64,000 bases of DNA. Source: Escherichia coli (lineage in GTDB: Bacteria; Pseudomonadota; Gammaproteobacteria; Enterobacterales; Enterobacteriaceae). Every line of letters begins with the position of its first letter. Position 1 is the stretch's first letter. The translations under genes were made by a program, and so were the position numbers. This document shows positions 1 to 10,777 of this stretch, piece by piece. The notes under the pieces were generated by a model. That model worked only from the letters and a program-made list of their open reading frames with translations, was not told where the DNA came from and did not search any database. Location of the stretch: NCBI RefSeq assembly GCF_036507355.1, contig NZ_AP027877.1; one strand, given 5' to 3'.

Positions 1-1861
1 TCAACGCTTTTCACCTCTGAAACAAATTAACGCCGATAACGTCCATAATCTGAAAGAAGCCTGGGTGTTCCGTACTGGCGATGTGAAGCAGCCGAACGAT
101 CCGGGCGAAATCACCAATGAAGTGACGCCGATTAAAGTGGGCGACACCCTTTACCTGTGTACCGCTCACCAGCGCCTGTTTGCGCTCGATGCCGCCAGCG
201 GCAAAGAGAAATGGCATTACGATCCTGAGCTGAAAACTAACGAGTCTTTCCAGCACGTAACCTGCCGTGGCGTCTCTTATCATGAAGCCAAAGCAGAAAC
301 GGCTTCGCCGGAAGTGATGGCGGATTGCCCGCGTCGTATCATTCTTCCGGTCAATGATGGTCGACTGATTGCGATTAACGCTGAAAACGGCAAACTGTGC
401 GAAACCTTCGCCAATAAAGGCGTGCTCAATCTGCAAAGCAATATGCCAGACACCAAACCGGGTCTGTATGAACCGACTTCGCCGCCGATTATCACCGATA
501 AAACCATCGTGATGGCGGGTTCAGTCACCGATAACTTCTCAACCCGCGAAACGTCTGGCGTGATCCGTGGTTTTGATGTTAACACCGGGGAGCTGCTGTG
601 GGCTTTTGATCCCGGCGCGAAAGATCCGAACGCAATCCCGTCTGACGAACACACCTTTACCTTTAACTCACCAAACTCGTGGGCACCAGCGGCCTATGAC
701 GCGAAGTTGGATCTGGTCTATCTGCCGATGGGTGTGACCACGCCAGATATCTGGGGCGGTAACCGCACACCGGAACAGGAACGTTATGCCAGCTCGATTC
801 TGGCGCTGAATGCCACAACCGGGAAATTGGCGTGGAGCTACCAGACCGTTCACCACGACCTGTGGGATATGGATCTTCCGGCACAGCCGACGCTGGCGGA
901 CATCACCGTTAATGGTCAGAAAGTGCCGGTTATTTACGCTCCGGCGAAAACCGGCAACATTTTTGTGCTCGATCGTCGCAATGGTGAACTGGTGGTTCCT
1001 GCCCCGGAAAAACCGGTTCCCCAAGGCGCTGCCAAAGGCGATTACGTAACCCCAACTCAACCGTTTTCTGAACTGAGCTTCCGTCCGACGAAAGATTTGA
1101 GCGGAGCGGATATGTGGGGCGCCACCATGTTTGACCAGCTGGTGTGCCGCGTGATGTTCCACCAGATGCGCTATGAAGGCATTTTCACCCCGCCATCTGA
1201 ACAGGGTACGCTGGTCTTCCCGGGTAACCTGGGGATGTTCGAATGGGGCGGGATTTCCGTTGATCCAAATCGTGAAGTGGCAATTGCCAACCCAATGGCA
1301 CTGCCGTTTGTTTCGAAACTGATCCCACGCGGTCCTGGTAACCCGATGGAGCAGCCGAAAGATGCCAAAGGCACGGGTACGGAATCCGGCATTCAGCCAC
1401 AGTACGGTGTACCGTATGGTGTCACGCTCAACCCGTTCCTCTCACCATTTGGTCTGCCATGTAAACAGCCAGCATGGGGTTATATCTCGGCGCTGGATCT
1501 GAAAACTAATGAAGTGGTGTGGAAGAAACGTATTGGTACGCCGCAGGACAGTATGCCGTTCCCGATGCCGGTACCGGTGCCGTTCAATATGGGTATGCCG
1601 ATGCTGGGCGGGCCAATCTCCACGGCGGGTAACGTGCTGTTTATCGCCGCTACGGCAGATAACTACCTGCGCGCTTACAACATGAGCAACGGTGAAAAAC
1701 TGTGGCAGGGTCGTTTACCAGCGGGTGGTCAGGCGACGCCAATGACCTATGAAGTGAATGGTAAGCAGTATGTGGTGATCTCCGCAGGCGGTCACGGTTC
1801 ATTTGGTACGAAGATGGGCGACTATATTGTGGCTTATGCGCTGCCGGATGATGTGAAGTAA
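1..1861 (+). CDS. gcd: Quinoprotein (PQQ-dependent) glucose dehydrogenase, C-terminal about 620 codons; 5' end lies outside the window
   Basis: Open frame runs from the window edge (codon phase from position 2) to the stop at 1859-1861; translation ...AWVFRTGDVKQPNDPGE...YIVAYALPDDVK matches the Gcd periplasmic PQQ domain from memory. The ORF-track start at 65 is an internal GTG. Confidence 0.95.
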   Translation, partial: QRFSPLKQINADNVHNLKEAWVFRTGDVKQPNDPGEITNEVTPIKVGDTLYLCTAHQRLFALDAASGKEKWHYDPELKTNESFQHVTCRGVSYHEAKAETASPEVMADCPRRIILPVNDGRLIAINAENGKLCETFANKGVLNLQSNMPDTKPGLYEPTSPPIITDKTIVMAGSVTDNFSTRETSGVIRGFDVNTGELLWAFDPGAKDPNAIPSDEHTFTFNSPNSWAPAAYDAKLDLVYLPMGVTTPDIWGGNRTPEQERYASSILALNATTGKLAWSYQTVHHDLWDMDLPAQPTLADITVNGQKVPVIYAPAKTGNIFVLDRRNGELVVPAPEKPVPQGAAKGDYVTPTQPFSELSFRPTKDLSGADMWGATMFDQLVCRVMFHQMRYEGIFTPPSEQGTLVFPGNLGMFEWGGISVDPNREVAIANPMALPFVSKLIPRGPGNPMEQPKDAKGTGTESGIQPQYGVPYGVTLNPFLSPFGLPCKQPAWGYISALDLKTNEVVWKKRIGTPQDSMPFPMPVPVPFNMGMPMLGGPISTAGNVLFIAATADNYLRAYNMSNGEKLWQGRLPAGGQATPMTYEVNGKQYVVISAGGHGSFGTKMGDYIVAYALPDDVK

Positions 1862-1898
1862 GACTTGCTCAGATTGCTGACAACGTGCGCGTTGTTCA

Positions 1899-2000
1899 TG
1901 CCGGATGCGGCGTGAACGCCTTATCCAGCCTACAAAATTGTGCAAAATCAATGGATTGCACAGGTAGCGTAGGCCTGATAAGCGTAGCGCATCAGGCAGA
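1899..2000. repeat. REP/BIME-type repetitive extragenic palindromes between convergent gcd and cueO
   Basis: Two inverted copies of the motif GCCGGATGCGGCGTGAACGCCTTATCCAGCCTAC / GTAGGCCTGATAAGCGTAGCGCATCAGGC, typical of E. coli REP units. Confidence 0.7.
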
Positions 2001-2062
2001 TTTGCGTTTGTCATCAGTTTAATGCCCGGAGAGATCCGGGCATATTCCCGAATACGGTCTTT

Positions 2063-3613
2063 TTATACCGTAAACCCTAACATCATCCCCGTATCTTCAT
2101 GCTCCAGCAGATGGCAGTGCGCCATATAAGCATGTTCTTTCGGTGCGTCGTGATTAAACTTCACCAGCACTTCACTGACATTGCCTTCTACCTTAACGGT
2201 ATCTTTCCAGCCCGCGCGATGAGCCGCTGGCGGTTTGCCATTTTCTGACAAGATACGGAACTGCGTGCCGTGAATATGGAACGGATGCAGCATCATGTCG
2301 CCCACGCCAGAGATAACCCAACGTTCATACTGCCCTTTCGCCGCCGCAAACATCGGCTTATTCATATCAAACGCCTGACCGTTGATTTTATTGGCATGGT
2401 GGAAATCGAACTTCCCGCCGTGGTTCATATGATTCATATTGCCGTGCCCCATATGGCCCATCATCTGGCTGTGATCCATCCCGGCCATCGCCTGATCGCC
2501 ATATTTCTCCATTAGCATCTGCATCCCCATCATATCGAGCATCGGGTCCATAGAAAGTTGCAGCTTGCGTACCGTCAGCCCTTCCAGCGAAGGTAACGCA
2601 GGCAGGCTACTTAATGTGTCTGGCAAAGCACCGGAGGCACTAATAGCAATCGGCTGAATCCGCATTACCGGATGCGGCTTGTCAAACGGTGCAATCGCCA
2701 TCCCCATCTGGCTGACCGGCAGCGTCACCAGGTCAAAGGGTTTGTTGTCGTTAACCTCCACCAGCACTTCAAAACGCTCGCCCATCAGCACCGGCAGCTC
2801 GTTCACCTTCACCGGTTCAGGTAGCAGACCACCGTCGCTGGCAATCACATAAAGCGGGCGATTGTCGCTGGTGGCGAAATTGAGCGAGCGGGCATTACAG
2901 CCATTGAGCAAACGCAGGCGCAGCCAACCACGCGGGGCAGCGTGTTGCGGGTAGATTGCACCGTTGGTCAGCAACGTATCGCCAAACCAGCCCACGGCGG
3001 CGGTCATCACATCCAGTTGATAATCAATCTGCCCGTCGGCGCTAAATTTCTTATCCTGAACGATCACCGGAACATCATCGATACCCCACTGTTTTGGCAG
3101 CATTAATTTCAGGATCTCGTCATCTTCAATCACCACCAGACCAGCCAGCCCCATCGCCACCTGTCGCCCGGTCTTGCCATGTTGATGTGGATGGAACCAG
3201 CAGGTAGCGGCAGGTTGATCAACGTTCAACGTCACCGAGCGCTTGCCACCTGGCGGAATAATTCCCTGTGGGCCGCCGTCGACTTCACCCGGTACTTCCA
3301 GCCCGTGCCAGTGCAACGTCGTCTCTTCCGTCAGTTGGTTATAGATATCAACCGTTACCGCTTTGCCGCGCTGTAATTTCACCGCCGGCCCCAGCAGATT
3401 GCCGTTATAGCCCCAGGTAGTTGCAGTTTTCTCGCCAAAGGTAGACTGACCTGCGCCAATAGTTAACTGAATGCGATTACGGGCATCGGTCGTGAGCAAA
3501 TCAGGGATCGGTAACGTTGGGCGTTCCGCCGCAAAGACTGCACGGCTCCACAGTGGCAAGGCTGAAGCCACACCCAGTGCGACGGAATATTTCAAGAAAT
3601 CACGACGTTGCAT
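2063..3613 (-). CDS. cueO: Multicopper oxidase CueO (516 aa) with twin-arginine signal peptide
   Basis: ORF track 2063..3652; true start taken at the ATG giving [10 protein letters not shown]... (RR Tat motif); length and sequence match CueO from memory. Confidence 0.96.
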   Translation of the reverse strand: MQRRDFLKYSVALGVASALPLWSRAVFAAERPTLPIPDLLTTDARNRIQLTIGAGQSTFGEKTATTWGYNGNLLGPAVKLQRGKAVTVDIYNQLTEETTLHWHGLEVPGEVDGGPQGIIPPGGKRSVTLNVDQPAATCWFHPHQHGKTGRQVAMGLAGLVVIEDDEILKLMLPKQWGIDDVPVIVQDKKFSADGQIDYQLDVMTAAVGWFGDTLLTNGAIYPQHAAPRGWLRLRLLNGCNARSLNFATSDNRPLYVIASDGGLLPEPVKVNELPVLMGERFEVLVEVNDNKPFDLVTLPVSQMGMAIAPFDKPHPVMRIQPIAISASGALPDTLSSLPALPSLEGLTVRKLQLSMDPMLDMMGMQMLMEKYGDQAMAGMDHSQMMGHMGHGNMNHMNHGGKFDFHHANKINGQAFDMNKPMFAAAKGQYERWVISGVGDMMLHPFHIHGTQFRILSENGKPPAAHRAGWKDTVKVEGNVSEVLVKFNHDAPKEHAYMAHCHLLEHEDTGMMLGFTV

Positions 3614-3666
3614 AGTTATTTCCTTATTCTTAAGCAGGCGAAACAAAATCAAACGTTGAGCATAGT

Positions 3667-3685
3667 CCTTCCCCTTACGGGAAGG
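3667..3685. promoter_or_regulatory. Candidate CueR (MerR-type) operator in the cueO promoter
   Basis: Inverted repeat CCTTCCCCTTACGGGAAGG 54 bp upstream of the cueO start; CueR operators are of the CCTTCC...GGAAGG type (established knowledge). Confidence 0.6.
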
Positions 3686-3778
3686 TCAAGCCGCAGACAC
3701 AATTTAATCGACAATAATGGTCGTCGCCTCGCTCGCAGTGTGCTAACGTTTATCTTCTTTAAGCCCCTGGTAGAAGCA

Positions 3779-4126
3779 ATGAAGACGTTTTTCAGAACAG
3801 TGTTATTCGGCAGCCTGATGGCCGTTTGCGCAAACAGTTACGCGCTCAGCGAGTCTGAAGCCGAAGATATGGCCGATTTAACGGCAGTTTTTGTCTTTCT
3901 GAAGAACGATTGTGGTTACCAGAACTTACCTAACGGGCAAATTCGTCGCGCACTGGTCTTTTTCGCCCAGCAAAACCAGTGGGATCTCAGTAACTACGAC
4001 ACCTTCGACATGAAAGCCCTCGGTGAAGACAGCTACCGCGATCTCAGCGGCATTGGCATTCCCGTCGCTAAAAAATGCAAAGCCCTGGCCCGCGATTCCT
4101 TAAGCCTGCTTGCCTACGTCAAATAA
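3779..4126 (+). CDS. yacC: Periplasmic protein YacC (115 aa)
   Basis: Internal ATG of ORF 3608..4126 giving MKTFFRTVLFGSLMAVCANSYA... (signal peptide); matches YacC from memory. Confidence 0.88.
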   Translation: MKTFFRTVLFGSLMAVCANSYALSESEAEDMADLTAVFVFLKNDCGYQNLPNGQIRRALVFFAQQNQWDLSNYDTFDMKALGEDSYRDLSGIGIPVAKKCKALARDSLSLLAYVK

Positions 4127-4231
4127 TCCCTGATACCTTTTTGTAGAAATATTGACCGTGCATCCGCGGTCAATGTTAGCTATTATGTTGCGCCCTTTTT
4201 TTACGGGTGTTAACAAAGGAGGTATCAACCC

Positions 4232-5098
4232 ATGGCCGAAAAAAAACAGTGGCATGAAACGCTACACGACCAGTTTGGGCAGTACTTTGCGGTAGATAAC
4301 GTTCTGTATCATGAAAAGACCGATCACCAGGATCTGATCATTTTTGAGAACGCTGCATTTGGTCGCGTAATGGCGCTGGATGGCGTAGTACAAACCACCG
4401 AGCGCGACGAGTTTATCTATCATGAGATGATGACCCATGTTCCGCTACTGGCCCACGGTCACGCGAAACATGTGCTGATTATCGGCGGCGGCGACGGTGC
4501 CATGCTGCGTGAAGTAACCCGACATAAAAACGTTGAGTCAATCACGATGGTGGAAATCGATGCGGGTGTCGTGTCGTTCTGCCGTCAGTATCTACCCAAC
4601 CATAACGCCGGTAGCTACGACGATCCGCGCTTTAAGCTGGTGATCGACGATGGCGTCAATTTCGTTAATCAAACCAGCCAGACCTTTGATGTCATTATCT
4701 CCGACTGCACCGATCCTATCGGTCCCGGCGAAAGCCTTTTCACTTCGGCATTTTATGAAGGCTGCAAACGTTGCCTGAATCCTGGCGGTATCTTCGTCGC
4801 ACAAAACGGCGTCTGCTTTTTACAGCAGGAAGAAGCCATCGACAGCCATCGCAAACTCAGCCATTACTTCAGCGACGTTGGCTTTTATCAGGCGGCGATC
4901 CCGACCTATTACGGCGGTATCATGACTTTTGCATGGGCGACAGATAACGACGCCTTACGCCATCTCTCAACCGAAATTATTCAGGCGCGTTTTCTCGCCT
5001 CTGGCCTGAAATGCCGTTATTACAATCCGGCAGTCCATACGGCAGCTTTTGCCTTACCCCAGTATCTGCAAGACGCACTGGCTTCACAGCCGTCCTAA
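4232..5098 (+). CDS. speE: Spermidine synthase (288 aa)
   Basis: Full-length [43 protein letters not shown]...; matches SpeE. Confidence 0.97.
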   Translation: MAEKKQWHETLHDQFGQYFAVDNVLYHEKTDHQDLIIFENAAFGRVMALDGVVQTTERDEFIYHEMMTHVPLLAHGHAKHVLIIGGGDGAMLREVTRHKNVESITMVEIDAGVVSFCRQYLPNHNAGSYDDPRFKLVIDDGVNFVNQTSQTFDVIISDCTDPIGPGESLFTSAFYEGCKRCLNPGGIFVAQNGVCFLQQEEAIDSHRKLSHYFSDVGFYQAAIPTYYGGIMTFAWATDNDALRHLSTEIIQARFLASGLKCRYYNPAVHTAAFALPQYLQDALASQPS

Positions 5099-5113
5099 GG
5101 AGAAGATAAGAAA

Positions 5114-5908
5114 TTGAAAAAACTGAAACTGCATGGCTTTAATAATCTGACCAAAAGTCTGAGTTTTTGTATTTACGATATCTGCTACGCCAAAACTGCC
5201 GAAGAGCGCGACGGTTATATTGCTTATATCGATGAACTCTATAATGCCAACCGTCTGACCGAAATCCTGTCAGAAACCTGTTCCATTATCGGGGCTAATA
5301 TTCTTAACATCGCCCGCCAGGATTACGAACCACAGGGTGCCAGCGTCACTATTCTGGTGAGTGAAGAACCGGTTGACCCGAAACTTATCGACAAAACAGA
5401 ACACCCCGGCCCACTGCCAGAAACGGTCGTTGCCCATCTCGATAAAAGTCATATTTGCGTACATACCTACCCGGAAAGTCATCCTGAAGGCGGTTTATGT
5501 ACCTTCCGCGCCGATATTGAAGTCTCTACCTGCGGCGTGATTTCTCCGCTGAAGGCGCTGAATTACCTGATCCACCAGCTTGAGTCCGATATCGTAACCA
5601 TTGATTATCGCGTGCGCGGTTTTACCCGCGACATTAACGGTATGAAGCACTTTATCGACCATGAGATTAATTCGATTCAGAACTTTATGTCTGACGATAT
5701 GAAGGCGCTGTATGACATGGTGGATGTAAACGTCTATCAGGAAAATATCTTCCATACCAAGATGTTGCTTAAAGAGTTCGACCTTAAGCACTACATGTTC
5801 CACACCAAACCGGAAGATTTAACCGACAGCGAGCGCCAGGAAATTACCGCTGCGCTGTGGAAAGAAATGCGCGAGATTTATTACGGGCGCAATATGCCAG
5901 CTGTTTAA
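5114..5908 (+). CDS. speD: S-adenosylmethionine decarboxylase proenzyme (264 aa), TTG start
   Basis: ORF begins at TTG 5114-5116, preceded by AAGGAGA RBS in the speE stop region; [26 protein letters not shown]... matches SpeD. Confidence 0.95.
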
Positions 5909-5912
5909 CGGC

Positions 5913-5950
5913 TCTGGCGGAGCTCCCAGGCTCCGCCAGATTTATTTACT
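5913..5950 (+). terminator. Candidate intrinsic terminator after speD
   Basis: GC-rich hairpin CTGGCGGAGC-TCCCAG-GCTCCGCCAG followed by ATTTATTTA on the + strand. Confidence 0.5.
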
Positions 5951-6308
5951 TCTGCTGCACGAAATTGCGGTAAGCCGCCACCACCTGCAGAAAATCCTCA
6001 ACGCCGCATAGCGACAGGCTTTCTTCGTCGTAGTAGTTCATCCCCTCTTCCATTTCATCGCCAGCGAATTCCAGTTGATTGGCGCGAACCATCACCTCTT
6101 CACCGTCCATCCACAGGGTGTATTCATGCCCTGCCCGTTGCCAGGACCGTTCGCTACCTTTCAGTGCGTGCGCTGCTTGTTCCACTTCATCAAGCAAGGC
6201 CAGGTTTTCTTTCACCTCTTCATTAAACCAGTGCCCGACCACTTCATGCCCCATGGACATACGCACCTTTACCACTCCGGTAATATCGCGCAGAAATTCG
6301 TAATCCAT
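5946..6308 (-). CDS. yacL: UPF0231 family protein YacL (120 aa)
   Basis: ORF 5946..6356 trimmed to the ATG giving [32 protein letters not shown]...; matches YacL from memory. Confidence 0.88.
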
Positions 6309-6416
6309 AGTGTGTTCCTCTGCTCCCGGCAATGCGCCGAAATCGCATTGCGCCATTGATGTAATTATCGCAGCCTTACCGGAGAAAAACAGCGGAACGG
6401 CGATGGTTTAGAAATA

Positions 6417-6452
6417 AAAAATGCCCGGGAATCTCATTCACCGGGCATTGTG
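6417..6452 (-). terminator. Candidate intrinsic terminator after acnB
   Basis: On the minus strand, hairpin GCCCGGTGAATGAGATTCCCGGGC followed by ATTTTTTATTTCT, just downstream of the acnB stop. Confidence 0.55.
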
Positions 6453-6482
6453 TCGTTTATGCGCAGCGCGTGCGCTGACTTT

Positions 6483-9080
6483 TTAAACTGCAGTCTGGAA
6501 AATCACCCCATCGGCTTTCTCGGTGTACTGAGAAAGCTGGTTGAAGTTCAGATAACGGTAAGTATCAACGGCTGTTTTATCTACCTGCGCCACGTAGGTC
6601 TGGTACTCTTCCGGCGTCGGCAGTTTGCCAATCAGCGCCGCAACAGCAGCCAGTTCCGCAGAAGCCAGGAAGACGTTTGCACCAGTACCCAGACGGTTCG
6701 GGAAGTTACGGGTAGAGGTGGAAACCACCGTCGCACCGTCTGCTACACGCGCCTGGTTACCCATACACAGGGAACAGCCAGGGATCTCGATACGCGCACC
6801 ACTCTTACCGAAGACGCTGTAGTAGCCTTCTTCGGTCAACTGTGCGGCGTCCATACGGGTTGGCGGTGCCACCCACAGGCGGGTCGGCAACTGGCCTTTA
6901 TGCGCATCCAGCAGTTTACCCGCAGCACGGAAGTGACCGATGTTGGTCATGCAGGAACCGATAAACACTTCGTCGATCTTCTCACCCTGTACCGCAGACA
7001 GCGGACGCGCGTCATCCGGGTCGTTCGGAGCACACAGGATTGGCTCTTTAATATCCGCCAGATCGATGTCGATCACTGCCGCGTATTCCGCATCTGCATC
7101 GGCTTCCAGCAGCTCAGGATTCGCCAGCCATTTTTCCATGCCCTGAATACGACGTTCCAGGGTGCGACGATCGCCGTAACCTTCCGCGATCATCCACTTC
7201 AGCAGGACGATGTTGGAGTTCAGGTATTCGATGATCGGTTCTTTGTTCAGCTTGATGGTACAACCGGCAGCAGAACGCTCGGCGGACGCATCGGTCAGTT
7301 CAAATGCCTGCTCAACTTTCAGATCCGGCAGACCTTCAATTTCCAGAATGCGACCTGAGAAGATGTTTTTCTTGCCTTTCTTCTCAACGGTCAGCAGACC
7401 TTGTTTGATCGCATACAGCGGAATAGCGTGTACCAGATCGCGCAGGGTGATGCCCGGCTGCATTTTGCCTTTGAAGCGCACCAGAACGGATTCCGGCATA
7501 TCCAGCGGCATTACGCCTGTTGCGGCTGCAAATGCCACCAGACCAGAACCCGCCGGGAAAGAGATACCGATCGGGAAACGGGTATGGGAGTCACCACCGG
7601 TACCGACGGTATCCGGCAGCAGCATACGGTTCAGCCAGGAGTGGATTACGCCGTCACCCGGACGCAGCGACACACCGCCACGGTTCATAATGAAGTCCGG
7701 CAGCGTGTGGTGCGTGTTCACGTCAACTGGCTTCGGATACGCCGCGGTGTGGCAGAAAGACTGCATCACCAGGTCAGCCGAGAAGCCCAGGCACGCCAGG
7801 TCTTTCAGTTCATCACGGGTCATCGGGCCTGTGGTGTCCTGAGAGCCTACAGAAGTCATTTTCGGTTCACAGTACGCGCCCGGACGAATGCCTTTCACGC
7901 CACAGGCACGGCCTACCATTTTCTGCGCCAGCGAGAAGCCGCGATCGCTCTCAGCGACATCTTTCGCCTGACGGAACACATCACTGTGCGGCAGACCAAG
8001 TGCTTCACGCGCTTTGGTGGTCAGGCCACGCCCGATAATCAGCGGAATACGGCCGCCAGCACGCACTTCATCAATCAGCACGTCGGTTTTCAGTTCGAAG
8101 GTCGCCAGCAGTTCGCCTGTTTCGTGGTTACGCACTTCACCTTTGTACGGGTAAACGTCAATCACGTCGCCCATGTTCAGGTTAGAGACGTCGACTTCGA
8201 TTGGCAGTGCACCCGCGTCTTCCATCGTGTTAAAGAAGATGGGTGCAATTTTACCGCCGAGGCACAAACCACCGCCGCGTTTGTTCGGCACATGTGGAAT
8301 ATCATCGCCCATAAACCACAGAACGGAGTTCGTGGCGGATTTACGCGAAGAACCCGTACCCACAACGTCACCGACGTACGCCAGCGGGAAACCTTTCTGT
8401 TGCAGAGCTTCGATTTGCTTGATCGGACCAACAACACCAGGCTGGTCTGGCTCAATACCTTCACGGGCGTTTTTCAGCATCGCCAGCGCGTGCAGTGGGA
8501 TATCCGGGCGCGACCACGCATCCGGTGCCGGAGAAAGGTCATCGGTGTTGGTTTCGCCAGTGACTTTGAAGACGGTAACGGTCAGTTTTTCAGCCAGCGC
8601 CGGGCGATTCAGGAACCATTCGGCATCCGCCCAGGACTGCATTACCTGCTTCGCATATTCGTTGCCTGCTTTCGCTTTCTCTTCTACGTCATAGAAGTTA
8701 TCGAACATCAGCAGCGTGTGAGAAAGTGCTTTGGCAGCGATCGGTGCCAGTTTGGCATCATCCAGCGCGTCGATCAGCGGATGAATGTTGTAACCACCCT
8801 GCATGGTGCCCAGCAGTTCGATGGCTTTTTCCGGAGTCAGCAGTGGGGATTTGGCTTCACCTTTCGCGACAGCAGCCAGGAAGCCTGCTTTGACATAGGC
8901 GGCTTCATCGACGCCAGGGGGAACACGGTTGGTTAATAGATCTAACAGGAATTCTTCTTCGCCCGCGGGCGGGTTTTTCAGCAGCTCTACAAGTGCGGCC
9001 ATTTGGTTTGCATCCAGGGGTTTGGGCGCAATCCCCTCAGCGGCACGCTCAGCTACGTGCTTACGGTATTCTTCTAGCAC
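6483..9080 (-). CDS. acnB: Aconitate hydratase B / 2-methylisocitrate dehydratase (865 aa), GTG start
   Basis: ORF 6483..9233; start placed at the GTG (revcomp of 9078-9080) giving (M)[21 protein letters not shown]..., with GAGGAG RBS upstream; length matches AcnB. Confidence 0.96.
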   Translation of the reverse strand: MLEEYRKHVAERAAEGIAPKPLDANQMAALVELLKNPPAGEEEFLLDLLTNRVPPGVDEAAYVKAGFLAAVAKGEAKSPLLTPEKAIELLGTMQGGYNIHPLIDALDDAKLAPIAAKALSHTLLMFDNFYDVEEKAKAGNEYAKQVMQSWADAEWFLNRPALAEKLTVTVFKVTGETNTDDLSPAPDAWSRPDIPLHALAMLKNAREGIEPDQPGVVGPIKQIEALQQKGFPLAYVGDVVGTGSSRKSATNSVLWFMGDDIPHVPNKRGGGLCLGGKIAPIFFNTMEDAGALPIEVDVSNLNMGDVIDVYPYKGEVRNHETGELLATFELKTDVLIDEVRAGGRIPLIIGRGLTTKAREALGLPHSDVFRQAKDVAESDRGFSLAQKMVGRACGVKGIRPGAYCEPKMTSVGSQDTTGPMTRDELKDLACLGFSADLVMQSFCHTAAYPKPVDVNTHHTLPDFIMNRGGVSLRPGDGVIHSWLNRMLLPDTVGTGGDSHTRFPIGISFPAGSGLVAFAAATGVMPLDMPESVLVRFKGKMQPGITLRDLVHAIPLYAIKQGLLTVEKKGKKNIFSGRILEIEGLPDLKVEQAFELTDASAERSAAGCTIKLNKEPIIEYLNSNIVLLKWMIAEGYGDRRTLERRIQGMEKWLANPELLEADADAEYAAVIDIDLADIKEPILCAPNDPDDARPLSAVQGEKIDEVFIGSCMTNIGHFRAAGKLLDAHKGQLPTRLWVAPPTRMDAAQLTEEGYYSVFGKSGARIEIPGCSLCMGNQARVADGATVVSTSTRNFPNRLGTGANVFLASAELAAVAALIGKLPTPEEYQTYVAQVDKTAVDTYRYLNFNQLSQYTEKADGVIFQTAV

Positions 9081-9434
9081 GACGGTTCTCCTCGCTCTCA
9101 TTGTCATAGTGCGGCAGGCGATTCTCTTCACGCTCCTGTGAGACAGCAGTTTGTAGGGTAAATGCCCAGTACCGCAACGGGCAGAATAGCAGGATTTTGA
9201 CGATGTGTTAATCTGTTTACAAAAAAGCAACATAAAAAAGTGGCTGAATCGTTAAGGATGGTCTAGAGATTGTTTCCCTCCGTAAAAACTTCGTTAATTC
9301 GCATAGTGATAATCACCTTTCTCAACGAATCCCAAGATTAGTCAAAATTTAAACTACCGCCTCTTTATACTCAGATTTACAGCACCTGCGGGTGGCAGTT
9401 CGCCGACCATTGCGATTTCCTTGAGATCCGAATT

Positions 9435-10435
9435 ATGAAAATGACTTTGCCGTTTAAACCCCATGTGCTGGCGCTAATTTGCAGTGCCGGGCTTTGTGCC
9501 GCCTCTACCGGGCTATATATAAAAAGCCGCACAGTGGAAGCGCCTGTGGAACCGCAATCGACACAACTGGCTGTGTCTGACGCTGCCGCGGTTACGCTTC
9601 CTGCAACGGTTTCCGCACCTCCCGTAACACCCGCCGTCGTCAAATCCGCATTCAGCACTGCACAAATAGATCAATGGGTCGCGCCCGTCGCGCTGTATCC
9701 CGACGCCCTACTTTCGCAGGTGCTGATGGCATCAACCTATCCGACAAACGTTGCTCAAGCAGTGCAATGGTCGCACGATAATCCACTTAAACAAGGCGAT
9801 GCTGCTATTCAGGCGGTATCTGACCAGCCGTGGGACGCCAGCGTTAAATCACTGGTGGCCTTTCCACAATTGATGGCATTGATGGGCGAAAACCCGCAAT
9901 GAGTGCAAAACCTGGGCGATGCTTTTCTGGCGCAGCCGCAGGACGTGATGGACTCGGTACAGCGATTGCGGCAACTGGCGCAACAAACCGGCTCGCTGAA
10001 GTCATCAACCGAACAGAAAGTTATTACCACAACGAAGAAAGCTGTACCGGTAAAACAGACAGTCACGGCACCCGTCATACCATCCAATACCGTTTCAACT
10101 GCCAACCCTGTCATTACAGAGCCTGCAACAACCGTCATTTCCATTGAGCCCGCCAATCCTGATGTAGTCTATATTCCCAACTACAACCCAACCGTGGTTT
10201 ACGGGAACTGGGCCAATACTGCGTATCCGCCGGTTTATCTGCCACCACCAGCCGGAGAACCGTTTGTTGACAGCTTTGTGCGCGGATTCGGCTATAGCAT
10301 GGGCGTTGCTACCACGTACGCACTATTCAGCAGCATCGACTGGGATGACGACGATCATGACCATTATCATCATGACGATGATAATTATCATCACCACGAT
10401 GGCGGTCATCGTGACGGTAATGGCTGGCAACACAA
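9435..10435 (+). pseudogene. yacH: yacH (DUF3300 family) 5' portion, carrying an in-frame TGA at 9900-9902 and ending where the IS element is inserted
   Basis: ORFs 9435..9902 and 9903..10454 are in the same frame, separated only by TGA; the frame then runs into the IS left inverted repeat at 10436. Confidence 0.85.
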
Positions 10436-10470
10436 TGAATCGCCACGGGTTTAACAGACACCTCAGAGTC
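10436..10470 (+). repeat. IS left terminal inverted repeat (IRL)
   Basis: TGAATCGCCACGGGTTTAACAGACACCTCAGAGTC; pairs with the reverse complement of 11630-11664. Confidence 0.85.
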
Positions 10471-10498
10471 ATTTAAGATGGCTTAAAGAGAGGTGCCC

Positions 10499-10777
10499 AT
10501 GAGCGGTAAGCGTTATCCCGAAGAGTTTAAAATTGAAGCAGTCAAACAGGTTGTTGATCGCGGTTATTCTGTTGCCAGCGTTGCAACACGTCTCGATATC
10601 ACCACCCACAGCCTTTACGCCTGGATAAAGAAGTACGGTCCGGATTCTTCCGCTAATAAAGAACAGTCAGATGCTCAGGCCGAGATCCGCCGTCTCCAGA
10701 AAGAGCTGAAGCGGGTTACCGACGAACGGGACATATTAAAAAAAGCCGCGGCGTACTTCGCAAAGCTGTCCGACTGA
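10499..10777 (+). CDS. IS3-family transposase OrfA (helix-turn-helix / leucine-zipper part)
   Basis: ATG at 10499 with RBS AGAGAGG; MSGKRYPEEFKIEAVKQVVDRGYSVASVATRL...ERDILKKAAAYFAKLSD, typical IS3-family OrfA. Confidence 0.88.
   Translation: MSGKRYPEEFKIEAVKQVVDRGYSVASVATRLDITTHSLYAWIKKYGPDSSANKEQSDAQAEIRRLQKELKRVTDERDILKKAAAYFAKLSD

Noticed and set aside
7401-8936. 511-codon ORF on the + strand antisense to acnB, with similar long antisense ORFs opposite aceE (16271..18544), aceF (14178..15407, 15166..15858), lpd (12564..13421), ftsZ (35245..36426), secA (30889..32019) and murC/ddlB
   Set aside because: Each lies entirely inside a well-supported full-length housekeeping gene on the opposite strand; their translations are low-complexity or Arg/Thr/Val-rich with no recognisable domains, which is the usual stop-codon-poor mirror frame of GC-rich coding DNA.
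9903-10454. ORF-track entry treating GTG at 9903 as the start of an independent 183-codon gene
   Set aside because: It is the in-frame continuation of yacH immediately after the TGA; the GTG is an internal Val codon, not an initiation site.
10493-10498. GTG at 10493 as transposase orfA start (ORF-track MPMSGK...)
   Set aside because: The ATG at 10499 is better placed relative to the AGAGAGG RBS, and MSGKRYPEEF is the typical IS3-family OrfA N-terminus; the GTG is likely just upstream in-frame sequence.
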